Positions 18,477 through 28,943 of a stretch of DNA of 64,000 nt are shown piece by piece (the stretch's first letter is position 1; every line of letters begins with the position of its first letter). Made by a program: the position numbers and the translations under genes. The notes under the pieces are model-generated. The model had not been told where the DNA came from, searched no databases, and saw only the letters and a program-made list of their open reading frames with translations. The stretch is taken from assembly GCA_963733295.1 (NCBI GenBank), contig CAVTCS010000003.1, positions 608,001 through 672,000 on the forward strand. Direction: 5' to 3'. This DNA comes from Vulcanimicrobiota bacterium (GTDB lineage Bacteria; Vulcanimicrobiota; Vulcanimicrobiia; Vulcanimicrobiales; Vulcanimicrobiaceae).

Positions 18477-19843
18477 GCGTGACGCGCTTCAAGAAAATTC
18501 TGATCGCGAATCGCGGTGAAATCGCCGTTCGCATCAACCGGGCGGCCCACGAGCTAGGAATCGAGACGGTCGCGATCTACTCCGACGTCGACCGTCCGTC
18601 GTTGCACGTGCGCTACGCCGACGAAGCGTATTGCGTCGGTCCGGGACCGGTCGCGCGCTCGTATCTCAATATTCCGAATATCATCTCGGCCGCTCTGATC
18701 AGCGGCGCCGACGCGGTTCATCCCGGCTACGGGTTCTTGGCGGAAAACGCGCGCTTCGCCGAGATCTGCGCCGACCACGGTCTGGCCTTCATCGGACCGA
18801 GCCCGAACGTCATCAAGCAGATGGGCGACAAAGCGCAAGCCAAGTCGATCATGCAGGCGGCAGGGGTTCCGACCACGCCGGGCAGCGACGTGCTCCCCTC
18901 GACCGCGGCCGCGCTGACGGCCGCGAAGGAACTCGGCTATCCGGTCATGCTCAAAGCGGTCGCGGGCGGCGGCGGAAAGGGCATGCGCGCGGTCGGCTCG
19001 CCGGCCGAACTCGAGCACGCTTTCGCAACCGCGCAAGCCGAAGCCGAAGCGAATTTCAAAGACGGCCGCCTCTACATGGAAAAGCTGATTCTGCGCCCGC
19101 GTCACCTCGAGGTCCAAGTGCTCGGGGATGTGTTCGGCGACATCGTCCACGTCGGGGAGCGCGACTGTTCGGTGCAGAAACCTTCGCATCAGAAGCTGGT
19201 AGAAGAGTCGCCGGCGCCCGCGCTGCCGGGGGGCGTTCGGGAACGATTGCACGACATCGCGGTCACTGCGGCGCGTGCCGTCGGGTACACGAGCGCCGGA
19301 ACGCTCGAGTTCTTGCTTTCCGGACACGACGTTTATTTCATGGAGATGAACACGCGAATTCAAGTCGAGCACCCGGTGACCGAGATGCTCTACGGAATCG
19401 ACCTGGTCGGCGCGCAGATCCGGATCGCCGCGGGGGAACCGCTCGGGTTCTCGCAAGCGAACTTGGTCCCGCGCGGCCACGCGATCGAGTGCCGCATCAA
19501 CGCCGAAGAGGCCGATTCGGGTTTCGCGCCCGCCGCCGGCACGCTCGGCGAAGTCGCGCTTCCCGGCGGTTTCGGCGTTCGCGTCGACACCCACGTCTAT
19601 GCCGGTCTCGCGATTCCGCCGTACTACGATTCGCTGCTGGCGAAGGTCATCGTGCACGCCGATAGTCGCGAAGGTGCGATCGCCCGAATGGATACCGCAC
19701 TTGCCGAAACCAAAATCAGCGGTATCAATACGACGGTCGAAATGTGCCGGCGCATCATGAGCGACGAGCGCTTTCGCGAGGGAGGCGTCGCCATAGATTT
19801 CTTGCCCTCGCTGTTGGCGGCGGGCGCTCCGGCCGGATCGTGA
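18473..19843 (+). CDS. accC: Biotin carboxylase
   Basis: ILIANRGEIA, HPGYGFLAEN, GGGGKGMR, EMNTRIQVEHPVTE, YDSLLAK. Confidence 0.96.
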   Translation: MSVTRFKKILIANRGEIAVRINRAAHELGIETVAIYSDVDRPSLHVRYADEAYCVGPGPVARSYLNIPNIISAALISGADAVHPGYGFLAENARFAEICADHGLAFIGPSPNVIKQMGDKAQAKSIMQAAGVPTTPGSDVLPSTAAALTAAKELGYPVMLKAVAGGGGKGMRAVGSPAELEHAFATAQAEAEANFKDGRLYMEKLILRPRHLEVQVLGDVFGDIVHVGERDCSVQKPSHQKLVEESPAPALPGGVRERLHDIAVTAARAVGYTSAGTLEFLLSGHDVYFMEMNTRIQVEHPVTEMLYGIDLVGAQIRIAAGEPLGFSQANLVPRGHAIECRINAEEADSGFAPAAGTLGEVALPGGFGVRVDTHVYAGLAIPPYYDSLLAKVIVHADSREGAIARMDTALAETKISGINTTVEMCRRIMSDERFREGGVAIDFLPSLLAAGAPAGS

Positions 19844-20232
19844 CGCGCCGCTTCGCGCGCGAACTCGCTTTGCAGACGCTCTTCAGCGTCGAGGTGGGCA
19901 AGCAAGATCCGGGCGACGCCCTCGAGCAAAACCTGTCGCGCAGCGTTGAGGGCGACCGGGCTTTCGTCAAAGACCTCGTTTTCGGAACCCTGGAGCATGC
20001 CGCGCAGACCGATTCCTTCATCGCACCGCTCCTCGAGGGTTGGACGCTCGAACGTCTACCGACGGTCGATCGTTTACTGCTGCGCATGGGCATTTTCGAA
20101 CTGCGCTATCATCCCGAGACGCCGAAGGCCGTCGTCATCAACGAGGCGGTCGAGCTTGCCAAGAAGTTTTCAACCGAGGATTCGGGGCGATTCGTGAACG
20201 GAGTGCTCTCGAACGCGAGCCGGACGCAATGA
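19840..20232 (+). CDS. nusB: Transcription antitermination factor NusB
   Basis: RRFARELALQ, DRLLLR, INEAVELAKKF, FVNGVL. Confidence 0.95.
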   Translation: MTRRFARELALQTLFSVEVGKQDPGDALEQNLSRSVEGDRAFVKDLVFGTLEHAAQTDSFIAPLLEGWTLERLPTVDRLLLRMGIFELRYHPETPKAVVINEAVELAKKFSTEDSGRFVNGVLSNASRTQ

Positions 20233-22391
20233 GCGCCATCGCGGTGCGGCGTCGCCGCCGGCGGCGGATGAGCTTTGTGGGCCGCGTTTTTTTCGTGAGC
20301 TTCACCGCGCTCTTCTTGCTCGTGCTGTTCGCTGCCGGAACGGTCGCGGGGATCATCTATTCCTACTCGCAACACCTGCCCGACATCAGCAAGATGGCGG
20401 ACTTTCAGCCGTCGCGTTCGACTCACGTCTACGCGCGCGACGGCACGCTGCTGGCGAACCTCTACCGTCAGAACCGCACGTGGGTTCCGATCTCGGGCAT
20501 CCCCCAGCAAGTTCGTAACGCCTTCATCGCGACCGAAGATCAGCACTTCTACTCGCATCACGGCGTCGACGTGTTCGGCATCGCGCGCGCCGCGCTGGCC
20601 GATTACCGGCACGAGGAGTTTCAGGGTGCCTCGACGATCACGCAGCAGCTCGCGCGCAAACTCTTCCTCTCGAACGAGGTCTCGATCTCGCGCAAGATTC
20701 AGGAAGCGTTGCTGGCGATGGAGATCGAGAGGTATTACACCAAGGACGAGATCCTCGAGCGCTATCTCAACCTCATCTATTTCGGCTCCGGCGCATACGG
20801 CATTCAAGCTGCGGCGCACACTTACTTCGGCGAGGACGTGTCCCGTTTGTCGCTCGCGCAGGCCGCGCTCCTTGCCGGATTGCCGGCGGCGCCTTCCGAC
20901 TACTCTCCCTACGTCAACCTGGCACGCGCGCAAGAGCGCCAGCGTCACGTGCTCGAGCGCATGGCTTCGGAGCGGCTTCATCACGCCGGCGCAAGCTGCG
21001 GACGCGCAAATTTCGCCGCTGGGTTTGATCGGCGAGCGTCCCACCGGGCTCCAGTCGTTCGCGTATCCCTACTTCACGACGTACGTGATCGCGCAACTCG
21101 AGCAAACCTTCGGGAAGCAAGCCGTCTACGAAGGCGGATCCAAGTCGACACCACGCTCGATCCGAAGCTGCAGCGGGAAGCGCAGGAAGCGGTCGATTGG
21201 GGCGCGAGCCGGGCGATGGCCGAGGGCATCGGCGCGCGCCAGGCGGCGCTCGTCGCGATCAGGCCGTCGACGGGAGAGATCTTGGCGATGGTCGGCGGCG
21301 CGGGCGGTTTCTCGCTCAACAATCAGTTCAACCGCGCTTGGCAGGCGCTCCGTCAGCCGGGCTCGTCTTTCAAAGCCTACGTGTACACGACGGCGATCGA
21401 CAGCGGCATGCCGCCGACCTCGATCATCGCTGACTCGCCGATCAGTTACCCGATGGGCGACGGCACGACGTGGTCGCCGATCGACGACGACGGCCGATAT
21501 CTCGGACCGGTCACCCTGCGCTACGCGTTAGCGCAGTCGCGCAACGTGGTCGCGGTGCGTTTGGCGGAGCAGCTCGGCATCGACCGCGTTATCGAGTACG
21601 CGCACCGCATGGGCGTCAAAGCGAAGTTGGATCCGGTCCTCTCGCTGGCCCTGGGCAGTTCGGGCGTTTCCGTCATCGATCAAGCCGCGGGGTACGCGAC
21701 GATCGCCGACCAAGGCGTGCACATCGATCCCTCGTCGATCCGCACCGTCAAGGATGCGCTGGGCGCGACGATCCTCGACAACCGCTTTCCGCAAGAGACC
21801 GAAGTGATCGGCGCCGGGACTGCGTACGTCATCACGAGCATGCTCGAGAGCGTCATCAAGGAAGGCACCGGCTACCCCAATGCCGACATCGGCCGCCCCG
21901 CTGCCGGAAAAACCGGCACGACCTCCGACTTTCGCGATGCTTGGTTCGTCGGTTTCACGCCCGACCTTGTTGCCGCGGTCTGGCTGGGCAACGACGATTA
22001 CTCGCGGATGAACGAGTCGTACGGCGGGAACATCCCGGCGCGCACCTGGGCGCGCTTCATGCGCGCCGCGCTGGCCCACACGCCCAAGCACGATTTCGTC
22101 TTCCCCTCGACCGAAGTCGTCAAGCTCCCGTACTGCGGCTCACCGAAGAAGTTCGAGTACTTTCTCGCCGGAACGCAGACCAGCTCGTGCGCCAGTCCGA
22201 GCGTTTACAACGCGCACCGCGCCGCAGTCTTCGGCGGGGCGCAGGCCGGTTTTCCGCCCGCGCCGCAACAAGCTGCAGCCACGAACGCTCCGGCTGCAAA
22301 CCTCGCGCCCGCGAGCGTCGACGAAACGCCCGCGTCCGTCGCGACGCCCAGCTCCCCGGAAGCGGCTCCGACCGAAGGCGAGATTCGCTGA
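20229..22391 (+). CDS. Class A penicillin-binding protein 1A (two compensating frameshifts near 20970 and 21140)
   Basis: EDQHFYSHHG, GASTITQQL, RKIQE (GT51); SSFK, SRN, KTGT (transpeptidase). The segment GFITPAQ...PYFTTYV lies in the alternate frame. Confidence 0.92.
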   Translation: MSAIAVRRRRRRRMSFVGRVFFVSFTALFLLVLFAAGTVAGIIYSYSQHLPDISKMADFQPSRSTHVYARDGTLLANLYRQNRTWVPISGIPQQVRNAFIATEDQHFYSHHGVDVFGIARAALADYRHEEFQGASTITQQLARKLFLSNEVSISRKIQEALLAMEIERYYTKDEILERYLNLIYFGSGAYGIQAAAHTYFGEDVSRLSLAQAALLAGLPAAPSDYSPYVNLARAQERQRHVLERMASERLHHAGASCGRANFAAGFDRRASHRAPVVRVSLLHDVRDRATRANLREASRLRRRIQVDTTLDPKLQREAQEAVDWGASRAMAEGIGARQAALVAIRPSTGEILAMVGGAGGFSLNNQFNRAWQALRQPGSSFKAYVYTTAIDSGMPPTSIIADSPISYPMGDGTTWSPIDDDGRYLGPVTLRYALAQSRNVVAVRLAEQLGIDRVIEYAHRMGVKAKLDPVLSLALGSSGVSVIDQAAGYATIADQGVHIDPSSIRTVKDALGATILDNRFPQETEVIGAGTAYVITSMLESVIKEGTGYPNADIGRPAAGKTGTTSDFRDAWFVGFTPDLVAAVWLGNDDYSRMNESYGGNIPARTWARFMRAALAHTPKHDFVFPSTEVVKLPYCGSPKKFEYFLAGTQTSSCASPSVYNAHRAAVFGGAQAGFPPAPQQAAATNAPAANLAPASVDETPASVATPSSPEAAPTEGEIR

Positions 22392-23806
22392 TGCTCGCGC
22401 GGCCCGCAGGCGGCACCGAATTCACGGTTGCGGCCCTCGTCGAGTATCTGCGCGCGAAAATCGCCGGCGACGACCTCTTGCGCCGCGTACGCGTGCGCGG
22501 CGAAGTTACCAACTACAAGGGTTTCGTGCGCGGCAGTCACATGTACTTCGATTTGAAAGAAGGCGACGCGATCGTGAAGTGCGTGGCTTTCGCGAAGGAC
22601 AACTTCCGCTTCCCCGCCTTCGGGGCGGGCGCCGTCGTGATCGCGAGCGGACAAGTCGCGACGTTCAAAAGCCTCATTCAGGTCATCGCCGATCACGTCG
22701 AGATCGCGGGAGTCGGCGACGTGCACGCGCTGTTCGAACAGCGCAAGAAGAAGCTCTCCGCCGAAGGCCTCTTCGAAGCGAATCGCAAGCGGACGCTGCC
22801 CGCATTCCCATTCCGGATCGCGCTCGTCTCATCGAAGGGTGCGGCCGGAGCGGACGACTTCGTGAACCTCATGCGCGCTAGCCGCCCGCACGTGGAGATC
22901 GTCTGGTGCGAGGCGACGATGCAAGGTCAGCGCGCCCCCTCGGAAGTCGTGGGCGCGATCGGGCGCGCTTCGAGATTGGACGTGGACGCGATCGTATTGA
23001 CGCGCGGCGGCGGCTCCTTCGAAGATCTTTTCGTTTTCAGCGACGAGAGCATCGTGCGCGCCGTCGTGGCCGCGCGCCATCCGGTCGTGTCGGCGATCGG
23101 CCACAACATCGATCAACAGCTGAGCGATCTCGCCGCCGACGTCTACGCGCAGACCCCGTCGCGTGCCGTCGAATTGATCGGGCCGGACACCCGCCGGCTG
23201 CGCGAGCGAGTCGCGCTCGCCTTCGAAAGAGGGCGCCGCAGCACCGAAGGTGCTCTTTTGCGACAGTCGACGCGCCTCTCGAACGCGCTGGTTCGCTCGC
23301 GCTTAAGCGATCCCGGCCTCATGCTTTCGCCGCAACTCCAGCATCTCGCCGACGCCGACAAGAACCTCATCGGCGAGCTTGCACGCTCGATGCAGTGCCG
23401 GCGGGAACGGCTCGCGGAACGCGCCCGGCACCTGCAACGCTTCGATCCGTCGCTGCGCTTGGAGCAGCGCGCTCGCGCGCTGGATGGCCTCGCCGCACGC
23501 CTGAAAGCGGCCGCGGGCGCGCGCCGGGCCTCCGCGAAAGCGCGGCTGGACGAGGCCGCGCCGCGCTTGACGCCGGGCGTGCGCGCCATCTGGGAGCGCG
23601 CCGCGCAACGCCGCTCCCTCTTGGACGCGCGCCTCGCCGGCAGCGATCCGGAAACGATTCTGCAAAAGGGCTATGCGATCGTCACTTTGGATGGAGCGAT
23701 CGTCAAGGACCCGGCAACCGTTCCGCTCGGGGCGACGATCGCCGCGCGCGTCGCTCGCGGAACGTTGTCGGCGCGCGTCGAAGCGAAGGAGTCGAATGGC
23801 AACTAG
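22391..23806 (+). CDS. xseA: Exodeoxyribonuclease VII large subunit
   Basis: VRGEVTN, HMYFDLK, RGGGSFEDL, SAIGH, LQKGYAIV. Confidence 0.93.
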   Translation: MLARPAGGTEFTVAALVEYLRAKIAGDDLLRRVRVRGEVTNYKGFVRGSHMYFDLKEGDAIVKCVAFAKDNFRFPAFGAGAVVIASGQVATFKSLIQVIADHVEIAGVGDVHALFEQRKKKLSAEGLFEANRKRTLPAFPFRIALVSSKGAAGADDFVNLMRASRPHVEIVWCEATMQGQRAPSEVVGAIGRASRLDVDAIVLTRGGGSFEDLFVFSDESIVRAVVAARHPVVSAIGHNIDQQLSDLAADVYAQTPSRAVELIGPDTRRLRERVALAFERGRRSTEGALLRQSTRLSNALVRSRLSDPGLMLSPQLQHLADADKNLIGELARSMQCRRERLAERARHLQRFDPSLRLEQRARALDGLAARLKAAAGARRASAKARLDEAAPRLTPGVRAIWERAAQRRSLLDARLAGSDPETILQKGYAIVTLDGAIVKDPATVPLGATIAARVARGTLSARVEAKESNGN

Positions 23807-24044
23807 TGCATCCGGCGAATTCGAAAAGTCGCTAGAACGGCTCGAAGCGATCGTCAACAAGCTCGAGAAAGAGAACCCGACTCTCGACGAGTCGGTCGCG
23901 CTTTTTCGCGAAGGTCGAGAACTCGCGGTCAAGTGCGAAAAGCTGCTCAAGGCGGCTCAAGCCTCGATCGAAGCGGCGACGAACGGAGAAGCGCCGGCTG
24001 CGAGCGGGACGCCGCCCACCGTCGACGATGGGCTGCCCTTCTGA
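23796..24044 (+). CDS. xseB: Exodeoxyribonuclease VII small subunit
   Basis: FEKSLERLEAIVNKLE..LDESVALFREG..C. Confidence 0.93.
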   Translation: MATSASGEFEKSLERLEAIVNKLEKENPTLDESVALFREGRELAVKCEKLLKAAQASIEAATNGEAPAASGTPPTVDDGLPF

Positions 24045-24856
24045 GCAGGAGCGGTCGCGCCGGACTCCGTCTGGACGAAGCGGTCGCGACTCGGGCCGGT
24101 GTGACGCGCTCGCGCGCCCGCGCCTTGATCATCGCCGGACGCGTCCGCGTCGACGGCAACCCGATGACGAAGCCCGGTACCGCGATCGCGCCGGGCGCGG
24201 CGATCGCGGTCGAACGTCCCCGCCCGTACGTCAGTCGCGGCGGTGAGAAGCTCGAAGGAGCGCTCGCGGCTTTCCGGCTCGACGTTCGCGGCGCGCGCGC
24301 TCTCGACGTGGGCGCTTCAACCGGTGGCTTTACCGACTGTCTCTTGGCGCACGGCGCGCAGAGCGTCGTTGCGCTCGACGTCGGCTACGGCCAGCTCGCG
24401 GTTCCCTTGCGCAACGATCCGCGCGTCCGCGTGCTGGAACGGACCAACTTCCGCACGTTGCCCGGCGAGACGTTCGGAGCGGAGTTCGATCTCATCGTCA
24501 TCGATGCGTCGTTCATCTCGGTGCTGAAACTGATCGCGCGGGCGCGCGAATTCCTCGCGCCGGGCGGCGTTCTGTTGCCTCTTATCAAGCCGCAGTTCGA
24601 AGCAGGCCGCGAACGTCTGGGCGGCGGCGGCGTGGTGCGCGATCCGGCGGTGCATTTCGCAATCCTGCGCGAGATGCGCGCGGGAATCGTCGCGCTCGGT
24701 CTCGTCCCAGCCGGCGTCGCGCGCTCGGAGTTGCGCGGGCCTGCCGGAAACGTCGAGTTTTTCGTGCTCGTGCGCCGCGAGGGTGAAGCCTTCGACGATG
24801 CAGCGCTGGAGCGTGCTATGAGCGGCACGGCTGTCGAGGTCGAGGCGCTCCCGTGA
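24041..24856 (+). CDS. tlyA: TlyA rRNA 2'-O-methyltransferase
   Basis: RLD, YVSRGGEKL, DVGASTGGFTD, DASFIS, KPQFE, GNVEF; probable CTG start overlapping the xseB TGA. Confidence 0.93.
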   Translation: MSRSGRAGLRLDEAVATRAGVTRSRARALIIAGRVRVDGNPMTKPGTAIAPGAAIAVERPRPYVSRGGEKLEGALAAFRLDVRGARALDVGASTGGFTDCLLAHGAQSVVALDVGYGQLAVPLRNDPRVRVLERTNFRTLPGETFGAEFDLIVIDASFISVLKLIARAREFLAPGGVLLPLIKPQFEAGRERLGGGGVVRDPAVHFAILREMRAGIVALGLVPAGVARSELRGPAGNVEFFVLVRREGEAFDDAALERAMSGTAVEVEALP

Positions 24857-25722
24857 TCGAGACGGTCAGCGCGAAGATGGGCACCGTCGCGCTGTACGTC
24901 GACATGGTGCGCGAGAGCGCGCGGCGCGCGGCGAGTGACGTCGCGGCCGCGATGCGCGCGGCGGGATTCGAAGTTGCGCTGTGCGAGGATCAGGATCGCG
25001 AGTTGGGTCTGGGAAGCGACGGCGCGAGCGTCGAGAACGCCGTCGTGCTCGTCACGCTCGGCGGCGACGGTACGCTCTTGCGGGCCGCGCAGATCGCCGC
25101 ACCGCTGCGGCTTCCACTCTTCGGCATCAATACGGGACGGCTCGGCTTCCTTACCGAGATGGACGGACGCAGCGAGGACCTCAGGAAACTACCCCAGATC
25201 TTGCGGGTGGGACTCGCGATCGACGAACGCAGCGCGCTCGCCGTGGAAGTGCACGGGACGATGCGCATGGCGCTCAACGACGTGGTCGTGCGCAGGACCG
25301 GCGACTCGCACATGACGCCTTTCAGCATCTTCGTTGACGGAAAAGAGGCTGCGCGCGTTCCGGCGGACGGCGTCGCGGTCGCCACGCCCACAGGCTCGAC
25401 AGCCTACTTCCTTTCCGGGGGAGGACCGATTCTCGCGCCCGACGTAGCGGCTTTCGGCATCATCGCGCTCTTGCCGCACACCCTGTTTTCGCGGCCGCTG
25501 GTCGTCCCGGACCACTCGCGCATCGAACTGATCTCGAACGCGGAAGTTGAAAGCGTCGCACTCGATTGCGATGGCCGGACGGTGGACCGCTTGCAACCAG
25601 GCGAACGCGTTCTCGTCACGCGCTATCCCTTTCCCGTGCGCTTCGCACGCCGCGCGCCGCTCGACTTTTTCTCGCTTCTCGAAGACAAGCTGCGCTGGAA
25701 TGCGCCAATCAAAGACCGTTAG
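24853..25722 (+). CDS. nadK: NAD kinase
   Basis: GGDGT, GRLGFL, LND, DG..ATPTGSTAY..SGGGP. Confidence 0.95.
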   Translation: MIETVSAKMGTVALYVDMVRESARRAASDVAAAMRAAGFEVALCEDQDRELGLGSDGASVENAVVLVTLGGDGTLLRAAQIAAPLRLPLFGINTGRLGFLTEMDGRSEDLRKLPQILRVGLAIDERSALAVEVHGTMRMALNDVVVRRTGDSHMTPFSIFVDGKEAARVPADGVAVATPTGSTAYFLSGGGPILAPDVAAFGIIALLPHTLFSRPLVVPDHSRIELISNAEVESVALDCDGRTVDRLQPGERVLVTRYPFPVRFARRAPLDFFSLLEDKLRWNAPIKDR

Positions 25723-27439
25723 CCGGGACGCGAGTCCCGGCTTGCGCCTGTTGCGCTTGCAGATCGAGGATTTCGGCTTGATCGCGCGCGCCGAACTCGA
25801 GTTCGACGGCGGCCTCACCGTTTGCAGCGGTGAAACGGGCTCGGGGAAGACGATGCTGTTGGGAGCCCTCGCCTTCGTGCTGGGTGAACGCGTTTCGGCC
25901 GACGTCGTGCGCGGTGGAGCGGAGCGCACGCGCGTTACGCTCGAAGCCGAAGTCGACCCGGCGCTGCGCGAGCGAATGATCGCCGAGGGCTTCGAACTCG
26001 AAGCGGGCGAGCCCGCGATTTTCTCGCGCGAGCTGAGCGCTGCTGGAAAGTCCTCCGCGCGTCTCAATGGGCGGCCCGCGACGGCCGGACAGCTTCGCAC
26101 CTACGGTGATTCGCTCGTCGACCGGGTGGGTCAGCACGAGCAGCAGCGCCTGCTCTCGCATGCGTATCAGCGCGAACTTCTCGATCGATTTGCCGGTTCC
26201 GAGGCGCTCGCCCGGCGCGCCGCGACCGCGCAGGCTTTCGAGCGCGTCGAGCGCTTGAGCGAAGAGTCCGAGCAGCTTTTCGAACGCGATGGGCGCGCGC
26301 TTGCCGACTTCGAGTTCGCGCAGTTCGGCGCGCGGGAAATCGATGCGGTCGCACCGCTGGAAGGCGAGGACGAGCGCTTGCGCGAGCGCCGCGATTACCT
26401 CGCAAATGCGGAGCGAATCGCCTCCGCGCTCGGGCGCGCGCAAAGCGCGCTGGCGGGAGAGAGCGCCGCTCTGGAAGGCCTTGGCGTTGCCGCCGCCGCG
26501 CTGCACGACGTGGCTCGCTTCGATTCGGCGCTGGAAACGCTCGCCGAGCGGCTCGCGACGTCGCAAGAAGAGATAGGCGACGTTTCGCTCACGCTGGCGC
26601 GAGAAATCGATCGCGCCGATTTCGATCCCGCGGAGTTGGAAACGCTCGGAGCGCGGCTCGATTCGCTCGAGCGGCTCAAGCGAAAGTACGGCGGTTCGCT
26701 CGAGACGGTAGCGAAAGCGCGGCGCGCTTTCCAGGAGACGATCGAGGCCTATTCCGATCGGGACGAACGTCGCACCGCGATCGGCGCCGAGCTTGCCGCG
26801 GCGCGCAGCGCTCTCGGGGATGAAGCGAGCGCGCTGAGCGGACTGCGCGAAGTTGCCCGGCGCGAACTCGAGACGCGAGTCGCCGCCGAGCTGAGAGGAC
26901 TCGCGATGCCCGCGGCTCGTTTTGCGGCGAAGTTGGAACCACTCGAAAGCGTCGGGCCCGAGGGTGCCGAGCGCGTCGAGTTCGAGTTGTCGCCGAATCC
27001 GGGCGAACCGTTGCGAGCGCTCACCAAGGCGGCCTCAGGCGGCGAGCTTTCGCGGGTCCTGCTCGCGCTCGTCGTCGTCTTCGCCGGGCGTCGCGAGAAC
27101 GCGCCGCTCGTCTTCGACGAGATCGACGCGGGCGTCGGCGGCAAGACTGCGAACGCCGTCGGCGTGCGGCTGGGGGCGCTTTCGCGCGCCACGCAAGTCG
27201 TGTGCGTGACCCATTTAGCCCAAATCGCTTCGTGGGCCGACCGGCACTACGCGCTGCGCAAGCACGAAGCCGGAGGCAAAACCACGATCGAACTCACGGA
27301 GTTAAGCGATCAGCCGGCGATCCTCGACGAGATCGCGCGCATGCTGTCGGGAAGTTCAGCCGCAGTCGCCCTCGAGCACGCCCGGGCGCTCCACAGCGAC
27401 GTACGCGAACGCAAGGCCGCTCCAAAATTGAGCGCGTGA
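25700..27439 (+). CDS. recN: DNA repair protein RecN
   Basis: GETGSGKT, ASGGELSR, FDEIDAG, VTHLAQIA, EIARML. Confidence 0.95.
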   Translation: MRQSKTVSRDASPGLRLLRLQIEDFGLIARAELEFDGGLTVCSGETGSGKTMLLGALAFVLGERVSADVVRGGAERTRVTLEAEVDPALRERMIAEGFELEAGEPAIFSRELSAAGKSSARLNGRPATAGQLRTYGDSLVDRVGQHEQQRLLSHAYQRELLDRFAGSEALARRAATAQAFERVERLSEESEQLFERDGRALADFEFAQFGAREIDAVAPLEGEDERLRERRDYLANAERIASALGRAQSALAGESAALEGLGVAAAALHDVARFDSALETLAERLATSQEEIGDVSLTLAREIDRADFDPAELETLGARLDSLERLKRKYGGSLETVAKARRAFQETIEAYSDRDERRTAIGAELAAARSALGDEASALSGLREVARRELETRVAAELRGLAMPAARFAAKLEPLESVGPEGAERVEFELSPNPGEPLRALTKAASGGELSRVLLALVVVFAGRRENAPLVFDEIDAGVGGKTANAVGVRLGALSRATQVVCVTHLAQIASWADRHYALRKHEAGGKTTIELTELSDQPAILDEIARMLSGSSAAVALEHARALHSDVRERKAAPKLSA

Positions 27440-27459
27440 GCCCTTCCAGCCGGCGAGCT

Positions 27460-28887
27460 TTACGACAAGTGGTGTATCTTGAGCACGTTGGTTCCGGTGC
27501 CGATCGGCATGCCCGCGGTGAGCACGAACTCGTTCTCGCCCGGAACGCCATCGCGCCGCACGTGGTCTTCGGCTAGCGCGACCAGTTCCTCGAAGTAGTC
27601 GAAGCGCGGGACGACGCGCGCGTCGACGCCCCACACGACGTTCAAGCGACGCGCGGCCTCGGCGCCTAGGGTCAGCGCGACCAGGCGAGCGCGCGGACGG
27701 AAGGATGCGATCGTCGCCGCGGTCATGCCCGAGGCCGTGCCGCAGACGATGACGCCGAGGCCAAGTTCGGCGGAAACGCGGACCGCGCTTTGCGCGATCG
27801 CGGTGGGTCCGTCCTTCGGCGCGCGTTCCACGCGGCGCGCGTGCAGGAGCGCGTGCGGGTAGTGACGCTCGACTTCGAGCGCGATCATCGCCATCACGCG
27901 CACCGATTCGATCGGATACGCGCCGCGGGCCGTTTCCGCCGACAGCATGACGGCGTCCGTTCCGTCGATGATCGCGTTGGCCACGTCCGTCGTCTCGGCG
28001 CGCGTCGGGCGCACGCTCGTGATCATCGATTCGAGCATTTGCGTTGCCGTGACGACCGGCTTCGCGGCACGGTTGGCGCGCGCGATCAAGTCTTTCTGCA
28101 CGAGCGGAACTTGCTCGAGCGGAATCTCGATACCGAGATCTCCGCGTGCCACCATCAACCCGTCGGCGGCCTCCAGGATCTCTTCGATGGAGTCGAGAGC
28201 TTCGTGTTTCTCGATTTTTGCCATGACCGGAACGCTCGCTCCATGCGCCGCCACGAAACGCTTCACGCTGAGAACGTCTTCGGCCGTGCGAACGAAGGAT
28301 ACGGCGACCCAATCGACCCCGCGCTCGAGCCCAAAGGCGAGGTGTTCGAAATCGCGCGGCGTTACGGTAGCTATGCCGAGCGTTCCATCCGGATAGTTGA
28401 TGCCTTGCTCGGCGCGCAAGAGTCCGCCGACCTCGACCCGCGTGCGGATCGAAGTCTCGCTCTTGTCCAGAATCTCAAGGACGATCGCGCCATCCGCCAG
28501 ATAGATCTGCGCTCCCGGCGCGACGTCGCGAGTGAGACCGGGATAGCTGACGCCGACCAGGCTGGCCGTTCCCGCGACGTTCTCGGTCGTCAGCGAAAAC
28601 GTCGCGCCCTTTTCGAGAAGGACCGAATCGACGCCGCCGGCCAGTTTTCCGGTGCGAACCTTCGGGCCGGGCAGGTCTTGCAGGATCGCGATCGGTCGAT
28701 CGAGTTCGCCGGCAATGCGTCGAACGTCATCGATCGTCGCACCGTGCTCGGCGTGCGAACCGTGCGAGAAATTTAGACGAACGACGTCGACGCCGGCGCG
28801 CAGCAAGGCCCGCAAGCTTGCGGGGTCGCGCGACGCCGGTCCAACGGTCGCTACGATTTTCGTGCGCTTGCGCGCGAAGTCGCCCAT
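27460..28887 (-). CDS. pyk: Pyruvate kinase
   Basis: RTKIVATVGP, RLNFSHG, AKIEK, MVARGDLG, TATQMLESM. Confidence 0.97.
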   Translation of the reverse strand: MGDFARKRTKIVATVGPASRDPASLRALLRAGVDVVRLNFSHGSHAEHGATIDDVRRIAGELDRPIAILQDLPGPKVRTGKLAGGVDSVLLEKGATFSLTTENVAGTASLVGVSYPGLTRDVAPGAQIYLADGAIVLEILDKSETSIRTRVEVGGLLRAEQGINYPDGTLGIATVTPRDFEHLAFGLERGVDWVAVSFVRTAEDVLSVKRFVAAHGASVPVMAKIEKHEALDSIEEILEAADGLMVARGDLGIEIPLEQVPLVQKDLIARANRAAKPVVTATQMLESMITSVRPTRAETTDVANAIIDGTDAVMLSAETARGAYPIESVRVMAMIALEVERHYPHALLHARRVERAPKDGPTAIAQSAVRVSAELGLGVIVCGTASGMTAATIASFRPRARLVALTLGAEAARRLNVVWGVDARVVPRFDYFEELVALAEDHVRRDGVPGENEFVLTAGMPIGTGTNVLKIHHLS

Positions 28888-28943
28888 TTAACGTTCGCAT
28901 CCCAAATAGAGTGAGATAGCCTGGCGGCACGAACGCTGCGGGC

